This document shows, piece after piece, positions 1 to 9,087 of a stretch of 64,000 bases of DNA (positions are counted from its first letter, which is position 1; each line of letters begins with the position of its first letter). The notes under the pieces are model-generated. The model had not been told where the DNA came from. It did not search any database and saw only the letters and a list, made by a program, of their open reading frames with translations. A program made the position numbers and the translations under genes. The DNA is from Patescibacteria group bacterium (GTDB lineage: Bacteria; Patescibacteriota; Minisyncoccia; Phycocordibacterales; Phycocordibacteraceae): contig JAHJYC010000004.1 in NCBI GenBank assembly GCA_018826905.1, positions 207,988 to 271,987 of the forward strand, written 5' to 3'.

Positions 1-573
1 AAGAACGGTAGTACCGAGCTCATTGATCTTCTTCAAGATATCCATGATCTCGTACGTGTTCACCGGATCCAGGTTTCCTGTAGGCTCATCAGCAACAATC
101 ACATCAGGCTGATTGATAATGGCGCGACCAATAGCCACGCGCTGCTGCTCTCCTCCAGAGAGCTGACTTGGGAAATGATGTGCCTTGTTTCCAAGGTCAA
201 CCAAATCAAGAATGTGTGGCACATCTAGTTCAATCTCGTCTTGCGGTCTTCCTGCTGCCTCCATAGCGAAAGCAATATTTTCATATGCTGTCTTGTTTGG
301 AATAAGACGGAAATCCTGGAACACCATTCCAATCTTTCTGCGATAGTGATGCAACTGACTTTTAGGGAGTGAGTGTACATCTGTTGATTCAAAGTACACA
401 GTTCCATCAGTAGGACGATCTTCTGCAAGAAGCATTTTAAGCAAAGTAGTCTTTCCTGCTCCTGAGTGCCCTACAACAGAAACAAATTCCTTTGGAGCGA
501 TGGAGATGGTGACATCCTCAAGTCCGGGAGTGCCGTCGTGATGGATTTTTGTAACCTTGTCAAAATAGATCAT
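1..573 (-). CDS. ftsE: Cell-division ABC transporter ATP-binding protein FtsE (C-terminal part runs off the window start)
   Basis: My own reverse-strand translation from the ATG at complement(571..573) gives MIYFDKVTKIHHDGTPGLEDVTISIAPKEFVSVVGHSGAGKTTLL, with Walker A, Q-loop, the LSGGEQQRVAIGRA signature and Walker B DEPTGNLD. It is absent from the ORF track only because it is truncated at the window edge; the listed ORF 225..428 is an out-of-frame artefact inside it. Confidence 0.85.
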   Translation of the reverse strand, partial: MIYFDKVTKIHHDGTPGLEDVTISIAPKEFVSVVGHSGAGKTTLLKMLLAEDRPTDGTVYFESTDVHSLPKSQLHHYRRKIGMVFQDFRLIPNKTAYENIAFAMEAAGRPQDEIELDVPHILDLVDLGNKAHHFPSQLSGGEQQRVAIGRAIINQPDVIVADEPTGNLDPVNTYEIMDILKKINELGTTVL

Positions 574-586
574 ATAACAAAGAGCA

Positions 587-1453
587 TTATACCTCAGCGT
601 CCCTAGACGCGTCTATAAAGCTATCCAGGTTTCCGGACAATATATCCTCCGGATCATGCGATTCGTGGCCTGATTCATGATCTTTCACCAATTTATACGG
701 ATGAAGGACATAGGATCTCATCTGGCTTCCCCATTCGTTCGCTGTTGTCGCCGCGATAGAACGTCCTTTTGCTTCGCTCTGGCGAGTCGCTTCCTCAATT
801 GCAAACAGCTTTGCTTTCACCAGCTCCATTGCCTTTTCGCGGTTGGCTAGCTGCGTCCGCTCTGAAGACACATGCGCAGAGACTCCTGAAGGAGTATGCA
901 CAATACGCACTGCTGTCTCTCTTTTATTTACGTTCTGTCCTCCTGCTCCCCCTGAGCGTGCAAACTGAATATCCAAATCGTCTGGCTTTAGTTCTATGGC
1001 TTCATTTCCAGAGAGTTTAGGGAGTACCTCAACAAGTGCAAATGACGTTTGGCGCTTTGCATTTGAATTAAAAGGAGAAATACGCACCAACCGATGCACT
1101 CCCGCCTCAGACTTAAGTCTTCCGTACACTCCCTTTCCTGTTATTTGGAGCATGACATTACGAAACCCTCCCTGAGGATTCTCATTTGAATGAAGTTCTG
1201 ACACTCCCCACCCTTGTTTGGAAGCGTACCCTTCATACATTCGTCGCAACATGCGCGCAAAGTCTTCTGCATCGTCTCCTCCGGCTCCAGCGAGGATAGC
1301 GAGTGTTGCAGGACCCGCATCATGCGAGTCTCCCGTCCCTCCTTCTTTAAGACTCTGATATTCAGCAATGTATCTTTGTGCTTCTGCTGGATCTTTCCAG
1401 AAGTCTGGTGAAGCCATCATGGCTTCAAGTTCTGCAATGCGCTCCTCGTTCAT
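587..1453 (-). CDS. prfB: Peptide chain release factor 2 (short form, no programmed frameshift)
   Basis: SPF tripeptide motif (RISPFNSNAKRQTSFALVEV) and GGQ motif (SGGAGGQNVNKRETAVRI). The ORF-track start at 1543 would read through the tRNA gene, so I chose the ATG at complement(1451..1453) (MNEERIAELEAMMASPDFWKDPAEAQR), which aligns to about residue 27 of E. coli RF2. Confidence 0.85.
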   Translation of the reverse strand: MNEERIAELEAMMASPDFWKDPAEAQRYIAEYQSLKEGGTGDSHDAGPATLAILAGAGGDDAEDFARMLRRMYEGYASKQGWGVSELHSNENPQGGFRNVMLQITGKGVYGRLKSEAGVHRLVRISPFNSNAKRQTSFALVEVLPKLSGNEAIELKPDDLDIQFARSGGAGGQNVNKRETAVRIVHTPSGVSAHVSSERTQLANREKAMELVKAKLFAIEEATRQSEAKGRSIAATTANEWGSQMRSYVLHPYKLVKDHESGHESHDPEDILSGNLDSFIDASRDAEV

Positions 1454-1485
1454 ACGAGTGAGTATACCAGGAACGATTTTTTCTG

Positions 1486-1558
1486 AGCCACCGTCCGGGA
1501 TTGAACCGGAGACCTTTTCGTTACGAGTGAAATGCTCTACCAACTGAGCTACGGTGGC
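1486..1558 (-). tRNA. tRNA-Thr (anticodon CGU)
   Basis: Manual cloverleaf fold: acceptor GCCACCG/CGGTGGC, D-arm GCTC-AGTTGGTA-GAGC, anticodon loop CTCGTAA, T-arm TCCGG-TTCAATC-CCGGA, discriminator U. There is an A31-C39 mismatch in the anticodon stem and the CCA is not encoded. Confidence 0.8.
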
Positions 1559-1582
1559 GAATCTGGTTCAGGATAGCGGGAA

Positions 1583-1613
1583 AGCACTTCTGCATCAAGC
1601 AGAAGTGCTTTTA
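1583..1613. other. 11-bp perfect stem-loop (AGCACTTCTGC-atcaa-GCAGAAGTGCT) followed by TTTT, lying between the two tRNA-Thr genes; a processing or terminator hairpin
   Basis: Inverted repeat seen directly in the sequence. Confidence 0.4.
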
Positions 1614-1645
1614 AGAATTGGGTCTATTGTTCTTTACGTTAGTGG

Positions 1646-1718
1646 AGCCGATGCCCGGGATTGAACCGGGGACCTCATCCTTACCATGGATGCGCTCTAC
1701 CGACTGAGCTACATCGGC
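1646..1718 (-). tRNA. tRNA-Thr (anticodon GGU)
   Basis: Manual fold: acceptor GCCGATG/CATCGGC, D-arm GCTC-AGTCGGTA-GAGC, anticodon stem CATCC/GGATG with loop ATGGTAA, T-arm CCCGG-TTCAATC-CCGGG, discriminator U. The CCA is encoded at 1643..1645. Confidence 0.85.
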
Positions 1719-1834
1719 CGTTGCTCCATATGGAACCTCTGCAGAGTACGGTATTTTGAGCATGTTTTCAATGCATCCAATATCCTCCCGAAGGAGTTAT
1801 ACTTCCTGAACCCTTATTGGTAACGCTCATCTCT

Positions 1835-3664
1835 ATGTGTGGAATTGTTGGCTATGTAGGCAAGAAGAACGCAGCTCCCTTCCTTCTTGAAGGACTCTCA
1901 GCGCTTGAGTACCGCGGATACGATTCAGCGGGCATGTATGTATCAGGGGCAGGAGCCTTGAAGCGCGCCGGGAAAGTAGCAGAACTCATTGCCTGCACGC
2001 CAGACACCTTTGAAGGAACGAGTGGTATTGCACACACTCGCTGGGCAACACACGGAGCTCCCACAGAGCTCAATGCCCACCCACACACTGATGCCACGAA
2101 GACTATCTGGCTCGTCCATAACGGCATTATTGAAAACCACGCAGAGATACGAAAGGAATTGGAGGCAACAGGTATTGTCTTCGCTTCTCAAACGGACACA
2201 GAGGCACTCGCCCAATTAATTGGACACCTCTATGCAGAAGGGACGCTTCTTGAGGATGCTGTTCGCGCTGCGCTAAAACAGGTACATGGGACATATGGTG
2301 TGGCTGTTGCAAGCGTACGAGAGCCTGAGAAAGTTGTTGTTGCACGTATGGGGAGTCCTCTCATGCTCGGTGTTGGCGAGGATGGTGTGTACGTCGCTTC
2401 AGACGCCACCCCTATCCTTCCTTACACCAGGAAGGCAGTGTATTTAGATGATGGAGAGATGGCCATCATTACAGATCAAGGCTATGTCATAACAGACGCC
2501 GATGAGGAAACGATAGACAAGCCTGTCACTTCCCTTGAGTGGTCTGCCGAAGCAGCTCAGAAGAAAGGCTACGAGCACTTTATGCTAAAGGAGATCATGG
2601 AAGTTGGAGAGGTTATTGAGAACACCCTCCGCGGAAGACTAGACAAAGAAAACGCTACGGCAATTCTTGGAGGATTCCAAGACACTGATATTCATAGTTA
2701 CTTAAAGCACGCAAAGCGCATCAGCATTACTGGCTGTGGAAGTGCGTATTATGCCGGACTTATCGGCAAAACAATGATTGAGGAGCTTGCAGGAATCCCT
2801 GTTGAAGTAGAGATCGCCTCTGAGCTCAGATACAGAACACCAACGGCAGATCCTAAGGATACTGTTCTCATCGCAGTGTCTCAGTCTGGAGAAACAGCAG
2901 ACACGCTAGAAGCCATTCGTGCAGCAAAAAGGCACGGCATGCTTACACTCGGCATCGTAAACGTTGTGGGTAGTACTGTTGCGAGAGAAACTGATGCGGG
3001 AGTATACAACCATGCAGGACCAGAGATTGGAGTTGCTTCAACAAAAGCATTTATCTCCCAGGTCTTGGTGTTTGCTCTTGTTGCACTACACCTTGCACGT
3101 GAACGTGGGCTTTCAGAGAAAGACGGCGCTACATTCATAGCTGAACTTGAGGCACTTCCAGCAAAGGCTCGCGAAATACTAGAACGCACAAAGGATATTG
3201 AGGCCGTTGCAAAGAAGTACGCACAGACTCGCGACTTCCTCTACTTGGGACGCAAGTTCCAGTGCCCTATTGCTTTTGAAGGAGCATTAAAACTAAAAGA
3301 GATCTCCTATATTCATGCTGAAGGATACGGCGCAGGTGAGATGAAGCACGGCCCGCTCGCACTCATTGATACAGAGTTTCCAAGCCTTGTGCTTGCTCCA
3401 AGAGATTCAATGTACGAGAAGACTGCTTCTAACATTGAAGAGATACGTGCACGCTCTGGGAAAGTTGTTGCGCTCACCACTGACGGGAACACTGATATTA
3501 CTCGCCTGGCAGACGACGTGCTGTATGTTCCGGAAACTCATGAAGCACTTCTCCCTGTGCTCACCACCATTCCACTACAACTCTTTGCGTACTACATAGC
3601 AAAAGAGCGTGACTGCCCTATAGACAAGCCACGCAATCTTGCAAAATCAGTAACGGTTGAATAA
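1835..3664 (+). CDS. glmS: Glutamine--fructose-6-phosphate aminotransferase (isomerising)
   Basis: N-terminal MCGIVGYVG with the catalytic Cys2; class-II glutaminase domain and two SIS domains; C-terminal ...NLAKSVTVE. The ATG at 1835 is chosen over the track's TTG at 1817. Confidence 0.95.
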   Translation: MCGIVGYVGKKNAAPFLLEGLSALEYRGYDSAGMYVSGAGALKRAGKVAELIACTPDTFEGTSGIAHTRWATHGAPTELNAHPHTDATKTIWLVHNGIIENHAEIRKELEATGIVFASQTDTEALAQLIGHLYAEGTLLEDAVRAALKQVHGTYGVAVASVREPEKVVVARMGSPLMLGVGEDGVYVASDATPILPYTRKAVYLDDGEMAIITDQGYVITDADEETIDKPVTSLEWSAEAAQKKGYEHFMLKEIMEVGEVIENTLRGRLDKENATAILGGFQDTDIHSYLKHAKRISITGCGSAYYAGLIGKTMIEELAGIPVEVEIASELRYRTPTADPKDTVLIAVSQSGETADTLEAIRAAKRHGMLTLGIVNVVGSTVARETDAGVYNHAGPEIGVASTKAFISQVLVFALVALHLARERGLSEKDGATFIAELEALPAKAREILERTKDIEAVAKKYAQTRDFLYLGRKFQCPIAFEGALKLKEISYIHAEGYGAGEMKHGPLALIDTEFPSLVLAPRDSMYEKTASNIEEIRARSGKVVALTTDGNTDITRLADDVLYVPETHEALLPVLTTIPLQLFAYYIAKERDCPIDKPRNLAKSVTVE

Positions 3665-4075
3665 TTACCGTTGCTTAAGAAGCGCAATGATCTCATCAAG
3701 CTTCTCTACTTCTATGCGTGAGAGATCTTCTTGTAGGCGCTCTATCTCTGCCTTTGCATCTATATTAGTTTGATAGTCATCAAGTGCTTGCTGATGATCT
3801 CGTTCTGCGGCTCGCTTTTGAGTCATCATAATGATGGGTGCTGCGTACGCCGCTTGCGTTGAGAAGAGTAAGTTCAGGAGTATGAACGGATATGGATCCC
3901 ACTGTTGCAGGTAGCCAATTATATTCGCAGTAACCCAAAGGAGGATAATAGCTGTTTGAATAATAATGAAAGGCCACGAACCCATGCCGCTTGCGATAGC
4001 GTCAGCAATCCTCTGTCCAAGAGTCCGGTTCTCCTTCACTTTCTGGTGCCATGTTGGCAAGCGGTTGTGAGTCAT
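3665..4075 (-). CDS. DUF1003-family membrane protein
   Basis: GSWPFIIIQTAIILLWVTANII...WDPYPFILLNLLFSTQAAYAAPIIMM core typical of DUF1003, with a C-terminal coiled region. The internal ATG is chosen as the start. Confidence 0.65.
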   Translation of the reverse strand: MTHNRLPTWHQKVKENRTLGQRIADAIASGMGSWPFIIIQTAIILLWVTANIIGYLQQWDPYPFILLNLLFSTQAAYAAPIIMMTQKRAAERDHQQALDDYQTNIDAKAEIERLQEDLSRIEVEKLDEIIALLKQR

Positions 4076-4146
4076 ACCCAAACGATAGCACCCACAAGAT
4101 GCCTTCCTCATACTTCCTTTGGATAGAGTGGTATAGGCTACTAGAG

Positions 4147-4881
4147 ATGGAACTTTCTGTTGACCTTCTCAATCTGCAGTCTGGTATTGGCGTTACTCGT
4201 GGATACCGGCAGTACGCTACACGCGGCATGCGCTATATCATTCCTCACTCAAGCAAGCCCCTCGTGCATGCAGGGACATTCTTAAATGGTTCCCATTGCG
4301 ATATTGCCCTCCTCACTGAAGTAGATGGCGGCTCCCGTAGGTCAAAGTATATTTCTCAGCTAGATACCCTTAAAGAGAGCACTTCTTTTACTGATGGCTA
4401 TTTCTTTCCAACAAGAAGTTTAGGGAATTCAATAAACGAGGGGAACGGCATACTAAGTCTCTACCCATTAGAACGGAACCGCACTCACCCTCTTCCGAGT
4501 GCCACAAATCCAAGAGTGCTTGGCGAGAGCCGTATAACAATCAAGGGAATTCCTATAACACTATTTGTTGCACATCTTGCTCTTCGTACAGAAACTCGCT
4601 CACTACAGATAAAAAGAATTGGTGAAATACTTTCAAGTACATCTACACCAATCCTGCTTGGTGGAGACTTTAACGAGCGAGACGCTAAGAAATTCCGCTT
4701 ACTCACCAATATCGGTCTTTCATTCATTACCGCCCCCGGCTATCCTTCCTGGAAGCCAATTCATTCGCTGCAGGTTTTGTTCTACAGCTCACACTTTGAA
4801 GCGCATAACGCTTTTACGAATAAAGATACTCTCTTTTCAGATCACCTCCCCTTACATATAGACCTCACGTTTACTGCGTAG
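4147..4881 (+). CDS. Endonuclease/exonuclease/phosphatase (EEP) family protein
   Basis: C-terminal SDHLPL motif and GGDFN motif typical of the EEP fold. The start is taken at the internal ATG (MELSVDLLNL). Confidence 0.65.
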   Translation: MELSVDLLNLQSGIGVTRGYRQYATRGMRYIIPHSSKPLVHAGTFLNGSHCDIALLTEVDGGSRRSKYISQLDTLKESTSFTDGYFFPTRSLGNSINEGNGILSLYPLERNRTHPLPSATNPRVLGESRITIKGIPITLFVAHLALRTETRSLQIKRIGEILSSTSTPILLGGDFNERDAKKFRLLTNIGLSFITAPGYPSWKPIHSLQVLFYSSHFEAHNAFTNKDTLFSDHLPLHIDLTFTA

Positions 4882-5668
4882 CAATAGCAAGCGCTCCGTA
4901 AAGCCCTGATTGATCCTCAAGAATTCCTTTGGCGAGGGTTGGCATTTCTACACCGTCTGCTATTCGTGCTAATTCAGTTTGTACATCCAAAAGTCTGAAC
5001 GCAGTTTCTTCGTTCATAAGAGACCCTCCCAACACCAATACGTCTGGAGACCAGTGTCGCACTGTGTTGTATATCCCTGTAGCAAGCAGAACAGTTCTCT
5101 CTTCATAAAACGATCTAGGGAGACTTTCTGAAAGCTCTCCCGTCTCCTTTTGAATTCCTGCTCCGCTCACGGCGTCTTCTAGTGTCTTCCCGGTATGGTG
5201 ATCAATGATCTGTTTTCCAGGCTCAAGACCGTGTACAAAGGGAACGATTCTTTTGTTATGGATGAGTGTTCCACCCACCCCAGTACCTATGCCAAGGTAC
5301 CCAACAAGCACAGCTTCCTTCCCTGCTCCGTACACTGCTTCGCCAAGACCGGCCAAGTCTGCGTCGTTATACATGGAGACCGATACCCCGCTCGCTTGTG
5401 CGAGAAGAGTACCAAAAGATACTCCATTCCACTCTGGCAGATTAGGAGAGTGTTGTACTATTCCGTCTGAAATAGTGCCCGCCACCCCTCCCACAATTCT
5501 CTCAATCTCTCCCTCTTTCTCACTTATGCTTATGTAGGAAAGAACCATTTTGATAGCCTCCTCAGGATCTTTAGGTGTGGCGTAAGTTTGTACTAAAGAA
5601 AGACTAGTACCATCGCAAAGCGCAAGACGCATTTTCGTTCCCCCTATATCAAAAAGAAGAATACTCAT
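4871..5668 (-). CDS. ROK-family sugar kinase (glucokinase-like)
   Basis: N-terminal LLFDIGGTKMRLAL and a glycine-rich ROK signature (GYLGIGTGVGGTLI). Its start overlaps the upstream stop as ATGA. Confidence 0.8.
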   Translation of the reverse strand: MSILLFDIGGTKMRLALCDGTSLSLVQTYATPKDPEEAIKMVLSYISISEKEGEIERIVGGVAGTISDGIVQHSPNLPEWNGVSFGTLLAQASGVSVSMYNDADLAGLGEAVYGAGKEAVLVGYLGIGTGVGGTLIHNKRIVPFVHGLEPGKQIIDHHTGKTLEDAVSGAGIQKETGELSESLPRSFYEERTVLLATGIYNTVRHWSPDVLVLGGSLMNEETAFRLLDVQTELARIADGVEMPTLAKGILEDQSGLYGALAIATQ

Positions 5669-6591
5669 AGTAATTTCTTAAAGTCAGCAATTAAGGGAGT
5701 GGCGTCCGCCATAACTCCATACGTATCTGCAAGCAGATGCGCGGCAGTGCGCACGAGCATCAGAGACCAGAGCACTTTGTACTCATATGTACCCTCGGGA
5801 AACGCTATAGAAATAACTTTTACATTTCTCTTTCTCAACACCTCTTCAAGTGCATCCATACGAACTTGAATACGTTCATGGTCTGAAGCATCTTTATACA
5901 AAACAACAACGAGAGGTTCAGAAAGTTCTGCGGTCTTTCCTAAGGGATCAAGTCCCTGTATCTCGTTATGATTAAGCTCAGGGAACGTATTGGAGAATGC
6001 GGGGACTTTTGCTGTCTCGTTCAGCGTTATCTTTGCAAGATATGCTGCGGGTTCGTTTCTTTGCGAAGAATATATAAGTGGGATGCCCGCCTCCAGTGAA
6101 GTCGCAAGCAGCTTTGCCTCTTCAAGAGTTTCTTCTTCTAGGTCTGGATACGCGCTCCACGCCGCCATGCGTTCTTGCTCTCCAAGAAGCGCAAGAAGTG
6201 CTTTAACCAGCACAAGGAACGCATCTCTTGGTTCTCTTCCAGAAGGAACTTCAATGTAGGGAATGTTCTTTGCTTTTGCTTTTGCTAAGAGGCTTCCTCC
6301 AGCAGCAATGACAGCAGTTCTATATCCGCGTTCTTGCGCTTCATTAAAGAAAGAGAGGGTTTCTTCTGTCTCCCCAGAATACGATGTTGCTATATACAAA
6401 GCATCTGGAGATGCATTCTCCGGAACACCGTAGTCTGTGTGCATCTGGATATGAGGCAATTGTCCCTGGAGCACACGTGCATGCAGTGCCGAACCTCCCA
6501 TGCCTCCACACACCACCGAAGACGTAGCAGGAATATCTCCAACTATCTCTGGCACATATGCACACTGCTCCTTTAAAAAGGCTGTACTCAT
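5665..6591 (-). CDS. Bifunctional phosphoglucose/phosphomannose isomerase (archaeal-type SIS-domain PGI/PMI)
   Basis: SIS-domain motifs (CGGMGGSA, SYSGETEET). The start is chosen at the ATG overlapping the upstream stop (ATGA at 6588..6591). Confidence 0.7.
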   Translation of the reverse strand: MSTAFLKEQCAYVPEIVGDIPATSSVVCGGMGGSALHARVLQGQLPHIQMHTDYGVPENASPDALYIATSYSGETEETLSFFNEAQERGYRTAVIAAGGSLLAKAKAKNIPYIEVPSGREPRDAFLVLVKALLALLGEQERMAAWSAYPDLEEETLEEAKLLATSLEAGIPLIYSSQRNEPAAYLAKITLNETAKVPAFSNTFPELNHNEIQGLDPLGKTAELSEPLVVVLYKDASDHERIQVRMDALEEVLRKRNVKVISIAFPEGTYEYKVLWSLMLVRTAAHLLADTYGVMADATPLIADFKKLL

Positions 6592-7781
6592 ATATCCATC
6601 ATATCTAATACTAATGCTCCCCACGTAAAGCGTGTTGCCCCGTACCCCCTACCTGTTTCTGGATTGAAGTACTCTCTGAAGCCGTTACGAGTTACGAGCG
6701 CAAGTGTTGTGTCTCGCATCCATTCAGCTTCTTCCTGGAAGCCGTACGACTTCAGTCCTTGATATATAAACCATTGCGGCGCAAACCAAATAGGACCCCT
6801 CCAGAATCCCTTTGGTCTATACGAAGGTTCTTGCTTAGAGACCGTACGAATACCAAAAGGAGAATGGAAGGTATCAGGGTTATGGAAATGAGTTTCTATA
6901 AGTGCCTTTGCTTCTTCTGGTGTGTATATCCCCGCAAACAGCGGAGCAAAGTGTGCCCATGTATCAACTTTTAGAAGCTCATGGTTCTCCCCTGCTCCAG
7001 ACCAAAACACTCCATCCTCAAGCAGGTGCTCTCGCATCGCTTCCTTGATAAGGCGTGCATGGAGAAGCGAATAGGTTTCTGCCTCAGTCTCTCCAAGCAA
7101 AGAAGCAATGTGCGCAAAGATTTCCAAATTCTTTATAAGAATGGAATTAAAGGGGACATCCTTCACCCAGAAGTGATTCCTGGTGCAGATTTCAACATCA
7201 AAGTTGCATACCCGATTTGCAGCAACAAGCTTCCATCGCTCATACATGTGTCCAAAGAAAGAAATGCTCTCCTTTAGTTGCATAGGCCCGTCAAAACGAG
7301 GCGAATTATCTTCCCCAGATTCGTCTGGATTTATGATGCTTATGAGATGGTTGTCTCGCGGATCACGGTGCTCAATAAGATACTTATGAAAGTTATGGAT
7401 TGGGAGAAAGATCTCACGCAAGAACGCTTCGTCTCCTGTCTTCTTGTATATCTCCCACGCAGCATACGCAATCATGGGTGGCTGTGTAATAGAGCTCGTT
7501 CCCTTCTTTCCCCACCCTATGTTATAGGGCCTCGTTATAAGCGGATTCCAAAACACCATGTGTGGAATCATCCCGTCATCAAACTGACGCGGAAGTAAGG
7601 AACGCAGTTCCTCTTTAGCAGCTTCAGGTTCTAGTTCAGCGAGCACAATGGCATGGAAACAGGAGTCCCAGAGCCATTGGTAGGGATAGGTGCGTGGAGA
7701 AGGGACCGTGTATTGATATCCATCTAGCGTGTGCCGGCGATTGGCACGATAGAGAGCATGAGCTGCTTCACGGACATCCAT
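6588..7781 (-). CDS. (alpha/alpha)6-barrel glycoside hydrolase (GH63/MGH-like glucosidase)
   Basis: YQWLWDSCFHA motif and overall similarity to the GH63 / mannosylglycerate-hydrolase / debranching-enzyme family. It is the first gene of the coupled GH-PGI-ROK operon. Confidence 0.65.
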   Translation of the reverse strand: MDVREAAHALYRANRRHTLDGYQYTVPSPRTYPYQWLWDSCFHAIVLAELEPEAAKEELRSLLPRQFDDGMIPHMVFWNPLITRPYNIGWGKKGTSSITQPPMIAYAAWEIYKKTGDEAFLREIFLPIHNFHKYLIEHRDPRDNHLISIINPDESGEDNSPRFDGPMQLKESISFFGHMYERWKLVAANRVCNFDVEICTRNHFWVKDVPFNSILIKNLEIFAHIASLLGETEAETYSLLHARLIKEAMREHLLEDGVFWSGAGENHELLKVDTWAHFAPLFAGIYTPEEAKALIETHFHNPDTFHSPFGIRTVSKQEPSYRPKGFWRGPIWFAPQWFIYQGLKSYGFQEEAEWMRDTTLALVTRNGFREYFNPETGRGYGATRFTWGALVLDMMDI

Positions 7782-7809
7782 ACGACTATCATAACAAACG
7801 ATTCTGACC

Positions 7810-8142
7810 CTATGTAACCGTGCTCAGGATGGCGGTAATACGCTTTATTGTTACAAAGCCATACCCCCATAGTACAGGGAGCCAAAGCGGCATCACCCCA
7901 AATAGAGTCTGGCGCTCAAAGGTTTCCACTCCTGTGCTCACAAACAAGTACTCCGCAATAGTCATGCCGATGAGTCCAACGACAAAAGCAAGAAAATCGT
8001 GCTTGCCTGCAATAAGGAGTCCCGCAGCACTTATAAAGAAGAAGATCGCCGTTAAGAGGTAATCATTCAATACCAGTGGAATGAGCCCTATCATGAGGAG
8101 CACAGGGAGCGTGTGCAGGAAAATCTTTAGCGTTGTTTTCAT
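7810..8142 (-). CDS. Small multi-pass membrane protein (hypothetical)
   Basis: Three to four hydrophobic helices. The start is set at the internal ATG (MKTTLKIF) to avoid a long overlap with the upstream gene. Confidence 0.4.
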   Translation of the reverse strand: MKTTLKIFLHTLPVLLMIGLIPLVLNDYLLTAIFFFISAAGLLIAGKHDFLAFVVGLIGMTIAEYLFVSTGVETFERQTLFGVMPLWLPVLWGYGFVTIKRITAILSTVT

Positions 8143-8149
8143 AACAAAA

Positions 8150-9049
8150 CTATACCAAAGGAGGAAGAAGAGACTGTATAAGTTTCTTGTATAGAGACAC
8201 GATCTCCTCTTCCCCATTGTCTCGTATGTAAATACCAAATCCTGGCTGACTATTAATTTCCACAAGATACATCTCTCCCTTCGTGTTGAGGATAACGTCC
8301 AGTCCTGCAAACTCAACGCCAACCACCTGTTGGAGAGGCTGTATGAATTTGGTGAGTGCTTGTATGAGCACAGGATCGTTCACGTGATGCGCCACTGCAT
8401 TTTCATAATGCAGTGGGCTTAGGTTGCCAGAGAAGGTTGCTCCAGAAAAGTCTTTCTCGTACACAAGTACTATTTCCCCTTTGAAAACTACAACCCTAAA
8501 CTCCTGCGCTCTTTCTACATATTCTTGTGCAAGAGCTATGTAGTCATAGTGCTGAGAAGTATGATTGAATATTTCCTTTATTGAAGAAAGCACCTCTTCT
8601 GAAGTGTGCGCGAGAAACACATTCGCGCCTTGTCTTCCCGAATTCATTTTTACAATAACCGGGAGCGAAAACTCTGAGAGGATTCTTTCTGCAATCTCTT
8701 CGTACGATTTCTCCTTGATGTAGCATTTGTTTTCTTCAGCCTTTGGAAATGGATCAAAGAAACTATGTGTTCGTGGAGTTTGAATAACTTCTCCGACAAG
8801 CTTTGCGGTGAACTCCTTATCCTTGCAAATTCTGTGTATGGAATCAGAATTGAAAGGCGTTGAGTAGTTAGCAAAATATATCTTTTTCTGTGTGTCTATA
8901 GAAATAAGATTTCCATACAAATCATGAACGGTATAGAGTACTGCCAATTCTTCAGCAGCACGGCGTACACAGCGCATGTTTGGTATGGTGCCTCCCTTTA
9001 AAGCTGGCTGAGGTGGTTGCATATATGCAGGTAGCAGAAGTATACCCAA
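8150..9049 (-). CDS. ATP-grasp family protein (RimK/YheC-YheD-like)
   Basis: VIVKMNSGRQGANVF and LVEINSQPGFGIY motifs characteristic of ATP-grasp ligases. The exact start codon is uncertain (Met at residue 1, 10 or 25). Confidence 0.5.
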   Translation of the reverse strand: MGILLLPAYMQPPQPALKGGTIPNMRCVRRAAEELAVLYTVHDLYGNLISIDTQKKIYFANYSTPFNSDSIHRICKDKEFTAKLVGEVIQTPRTHSFFDPFPKAEENKCYIKEKSYEEIAERILSEFSLPVIVKMNSGRQGANVFLAHTSEEVLSSIKEIFNHTSQHYDYIALAQEYVERAQEFRVVVFKGEIVLVYEKDFSGATFSGNLSPLHYENAVAHHVNDPVLIQALTKFIQPLQQVVGVEFAGLDVILNTKGEMYLVEINSQPGFGIYIRDNGEEEIVSLYKKLIQSLLPPLV

Positions 9050-9087
9050 CTTTGGGATTCAAACACAAAACTACCGTACCTGCAGGA

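Noticed and set aside
225-428. 67-aa ORF on the minus strand
   Set aside because: It lies out of frame inside the ftsE coding region, which I translated myself.
1453-1543. ORF-track N-terminal extension of prfB (MVEHFTRNEKVSGSIPDGGSEKIVPGILTR)
   Set aside because: It is the reverse translation of the tRNA-Thr(CGU) gene and not coding; the true start is at 1453.
1719-1834. Possible glmS ribozyme upstream of glmS
   Set aside because: The leader is only about 115 nt and lacks the conserved glmS ribozyme core sequences. The GGUAACGC-like string next to the start codon is too short to mean anything.
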